Shown here one piece after another: positions 46,615-50,012 of a DNA stretch of 50,012 nt. The number at the start of each line of letters is the position of its first letter. The stretch's first letter is position 1. This DNA is from Raillietiella orientalis. Taxonomy: Eukaryota. The DNA lies in contig JAYWIR010000116.1 in NCBI GenBank assembly GCA_036172245.1, positions 62,001 through 112,012 on the forward strand. The letters are read 5' to 3'. Below the pieces are notes generated by a model. It worked only from the letters and a program-made list of their open reading frames with translations. It was not told where the DNA came from and did no database searches. Both the position numbers and the translations under genes were made by a program.

Positions 46615-49600
46615 TTGCCACCCGGGTACGCCCGGGGCGTTTATTTATAAAAAACTCTACAATTGCGGTACCAGGCCCCGCTCACGGCCTTATGCACGGG
46701 ACCTACCGGGAGGCCGGGACGCAGCCCGGCGTGGCACTCCCCGGCAGCGAAAGGGGATGGGGAAAAACAAAAATAAAAACAAAAAGGCAAACAAACAAGT
46801 GAGGTTGGGGGGCAGGCATGGGATCACTGTTCGCAGAGAGGAGGGCCCATCCGTTGAAGGAAGCCCTTGAGGTCCATCCGTATATTCCCCAGTTGGGGCC
46901 ATCCAGCAGCTCTCCGCAAGAAGCGTTGGGCATATGGGATTACATCCCTCGCGTGTTGACCCACTCCTTCCTTATTTGTGTCGCTCCATGCCGCCACGAT
47001 GCCTCGGACGCAGCACAAGGCTGCAAGGGCTGCGGCTAGCTGCAGGGCGTCCTTCACGAAGAAGGGCCGAAGTACGTTTCTAAAGGAACTGCCCGTAGGG
47101 AGATGGAGGATCGTCTTAACCGTTCCCAAAGGGGACGAAGGGAAGCACAGTCCACAATAAGGTGGGAGAGCGATTCCCGCTCTTCGCACCTGACACACCC
47201 AGGATCCACAACTCCTCTTGTCCAGTGAGAGCGGCGTGCGTTGCAGGGTAAACGCCAATGCAACAACAGCAACGCCGACTCTTTCCACTTAAGGGGCAGG
47301 ATCCTGGATTCCTGAAGAAGCGGGGGCCACTTCAGCACATCCATAGGGATGGCCAGCAGCTCGCCCCATCTTCTTAGTCCTCGCGGCTGGACGCTCGGGG
47401 TCGTCACGTCGGCCAGTTCTCCTGTTGTCCAGACGCTGATCAACTTCTCGCGTCCCTCGATGCAGCAGGAGACTTGCCACCTTGGCGTCCGGCTGCTGTG
47501 AAGTGCCCTCCTTAGGAAGGGCAGCGCCGTAGCTAGGCAGGCGTCTCTGCCCACGTGCATCTTGCTGGAATCTCCAGGAGATTCCGCAGCGTGCAGCGGG
47601 CGTGAAGGCTGCATCGGAGACGATTCCACGTCTCGTGGCTTCTCTGGTTAACTAATGCCCACGTTTCAATATTCTCCTCCAGCCAGTCGGGGTAGCTGGC
47701 GGGGCAGCAAACCATCCAGCTGTACTCCTTGGCCAATGTTGCCATCCGCCCGAGCAGTAGGCCGCATCTTCGCATCTTCCGGACACGGCTGAGGAGAAAA
47801 GACGCCAGTCCATCGCACCGGGACATACGGCTGGCCAGGAGGCGGGCTGGAGTGCACCATGGGGTGCACCACATGTTCGCTGCGATGGCGACGGTTCGCC
47901 ACCGCAGCTGCTTCTCCACGCGCTCCAGCGTCAGGAGGCCAAGACCGCCTTCCCGACGCGGAGCGCACAAGTCCTTCAGTGGGACTCGGGGCCTCCCCTT
48001 GCCCCAAAGGGCGATACGGAGGAGGTCCTTCGTCCTCTTCTTAGATTCCACGGTGGGAAGGCAAACAAAAAGCAAGGGGCGGAGGACGGGGGCCGCGAAG
48101 GCGTTCCAAACCGCAGCCCGTTCCCGCAAGTGAAACTTGCCTTCCAGGAACGGGCAGATCGCCGTCTCGACTTTTTGGAGGCAGCTCGACCACGCTTCCT
48201 CAGGGGACTAGTCCCCCAACGGCACACCAAAGTACTTGAAGCACCTCGCCGTGGGCATCCTCAGACGGACCCAGTCCTGCTGCCCTGCCCACGCCGCACC
48301 TATTGGCACAACCGACGACTACGCCCTGTTAACCTGCAGTCCGGTCCCGCGGTTGAGCAGATCGAAGAAGTCTCCTACCGCCTTTGCCGGGGTGGACATT
48401 GGCAACAAAAGCAGAAGATCGTCGACGTACGCTGCTACGGCGGGCGTGCCGGGGCACGAGCTCGGCAATGGGGCCAAAGTCACCCTGTACGCTCCTAGCA
48501 CCAACTCAAAGTAGGTGCTGAAGAGCAGGGGGCTGAGGCTCTCTCCCTGCTTTATGCTCCGTCGCACCGGCACCTTATACACCTTTTGACCGCTGAAAGA
48601 GACGGTAATTATTGCATTCCACCAGCAAGAGCGCAGGTTGGAAATCATGGAGGGTGGAAAGCCCATGCGACCCAGGAGCTCCAAGAGAAGTTCCTGCTCT
48701 ACACAGTCGAACGCCTTGTGGAGATCGACTGCGAGCGCAAGGGCCCCCTACCCCGCCCGGGGTTCCCTTCCCAGCCAGCCTGGCGGCCCCAATGTGGAGT
48801 TGCCGACTTTCCTAATCCCTTTCTTTTCTCTTCTCTGCAGGTGCACCTTTGTGCTTGCGAACAAGAGGTTGGCATCCATACTTCGCCCGGGAACAGCCTA
48901 AGTCTGCTCCGGGCTAAATACGGATTCTGCCACCTGCCCCAGACGTGAAGCCCATAGCCCTGCGATCAACTTGGCGTCCCTATTCACGATCGTGATCGGA
49001 CGCCAGTTATTTAAATCCCTGAGGTCTCCCCCTTTCGGAAGGAGCCTCACTCTGGCTGACCGAAACGAGGCGGGAACATCGCCTTCGTCTCAGATCAGCC
49101 TTGTCAGCTGAAGCAGCAGGGGTGCCAGCTCTTCCGCGAAGCTCTGAAAGAACTCCGCGGGCAAGCCGTCTCCCCCTGGAGCTTTACGCCTCTTGAGCCT
49201 TTTGATACCGGCGAGAATTTCGCCGGTGGCAAAAAGCTCGTCGAGGCTTTCGATCTCCTCCGCCCCTATTGCCGGGGCGCCATCCGGAAGCAAGCGTCGA
49301 GAGGCGTCTCGATCCGGGGGCTCCCTGGCGTAAAGGGAGGAATAGAAACTGCGCACGAGATGCCGTACCGACGCCGCGGACGAACACTCCCGGCCCTGGT
49401 CGTCCAGCAAGCTGGCCGACCCGGATTGCCAAGCTTGGCGTTCGGCCCCGGCGCGGTACTCGGCCAGGCGACGGACATTAGGGGTTCTTTCGTACCTACG
49501 AGCCTGTAAATAGGCCCGATGGTTGTGAGCACCCTTGTCGAATCCGGGGGGCAGGCGATCCAGTGGGAACTTCTCACAGAACTCGCGGACCGATTCCTTA

Positions 49601-50012
49601 AAAAGGTCTCAGTCCTGTAGATTCCGGAGCGTGTCGCCTCTCAGGTATTCGCGAAGGTATTCCTTCGCACCTGAAAGTCGCGTGCAGTCCCCCGGCATAC
49701 GCCAATCCCTGGATGGCGGTCCCTTGTCACTTGGCCGCATCTCGAAAATTAACCGGGAATGGTCCGAAAACGTCGACACAACCCTCCCCCGTTTCCCGAC
49801 CCGTGAACACAGGTCAGCGTCGAGGAAGACGTGGTCGCTGCTGCGGACCATTCCCCTGTCACCCGCGAACAAGTTGCGCGCACGCATGGCGGCGCACAAC
49901 TCGTTCATCGCGTTCTCTTGTCTTTCCAACTCACCTGTTAGCAGACGGAGATTGAAATCTCCCGCTATCAGGTGAGCCTTCCGCACGTTCGTGCCCGCCA
50001 GCCAGTCGCTCT
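46615..50012 (-). mobile_element. Element F: LINE 3' portion (3'UTR and disrupted ORF2 back to the endonuclease), running off the window end
   Basis: Terminus motif at 46615-46645; AGDFN/SDH, KAPGGDG, DLHKAFD, YVDD, CVRCEERESLSHLIVDC. Confidence 0.92.

Noticed and set aside
803..46645. Recurrent ~30-bp palindromic motif as a CRISPR repeat, attC site or REP element
   Set aside because: Copies are dispersed rather than arrayed and always mark a LINE 3' end; there are no cas or integrase genes.
1..50012. Alternative genetic code explaining the in-frame stops
   Set aside because: Stops include TAA, TAG and TGA at different positions in different copies and co-occur with frameshifts, which indicates decay.
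1..50012. rRNA, tRNA, U2 snRNA or telomere-repeat targets typical of site-specific Tx1/R elements
   Set aside because: None was recognisable by eye; the resolved junctions fall in LINE sequence.

Overview
The whole 50 kb is a gene-free, GC-rich eukaryotic cluster of nested non-LTR retrotransposons (APE-RT LINEs, L1/Tx1-like). ORF1 carries two CX2CX4HX4C knuckles and a low-complexity tail. ORF2 carries an apurinic-like endonuclease, an RT with YADD and a C-terminal Cys/His motif; no RNase H was recognisable. About 14 copies or fragments from several divergent families are inserted into one another up to five levels deep, and many are bounded by readable target-site duplications (TSDs). No copy has a fully open ORF2. 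The families share unusual cis-features. (i) All ten 3' ends stop 30-31 nt after the first base of AATAAA, just past a CCCGG-loop-CCGGG hairpin, ending TGNNAA (or a close variant) with no poly(A) tail. (ii) A covarying 3'UTR hairpin has a CUGCGU loop. (iii) A GGACGTGTTTT-type motif sits at every intact 5' end. (iv) The ORF1/ORF2 junction is a TTCCCAG-NNN-stop, overlapping ATG in some families and lacking any ATG in others. (v) The endonuclease seems to lack the target-recognition beta-hairpin loop. There is also evidence of repeat use of identical sites and of a preferred site (the 'FG|E' codons of another LINE's ORF2). The arrangement recalls Zepp-type self-targeting LINE clusters, which mark centromeres or subtelomeres in some algae. 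The host is not identifiable from this window. Element letters A-J are my labels, and all alignments were done by eye.
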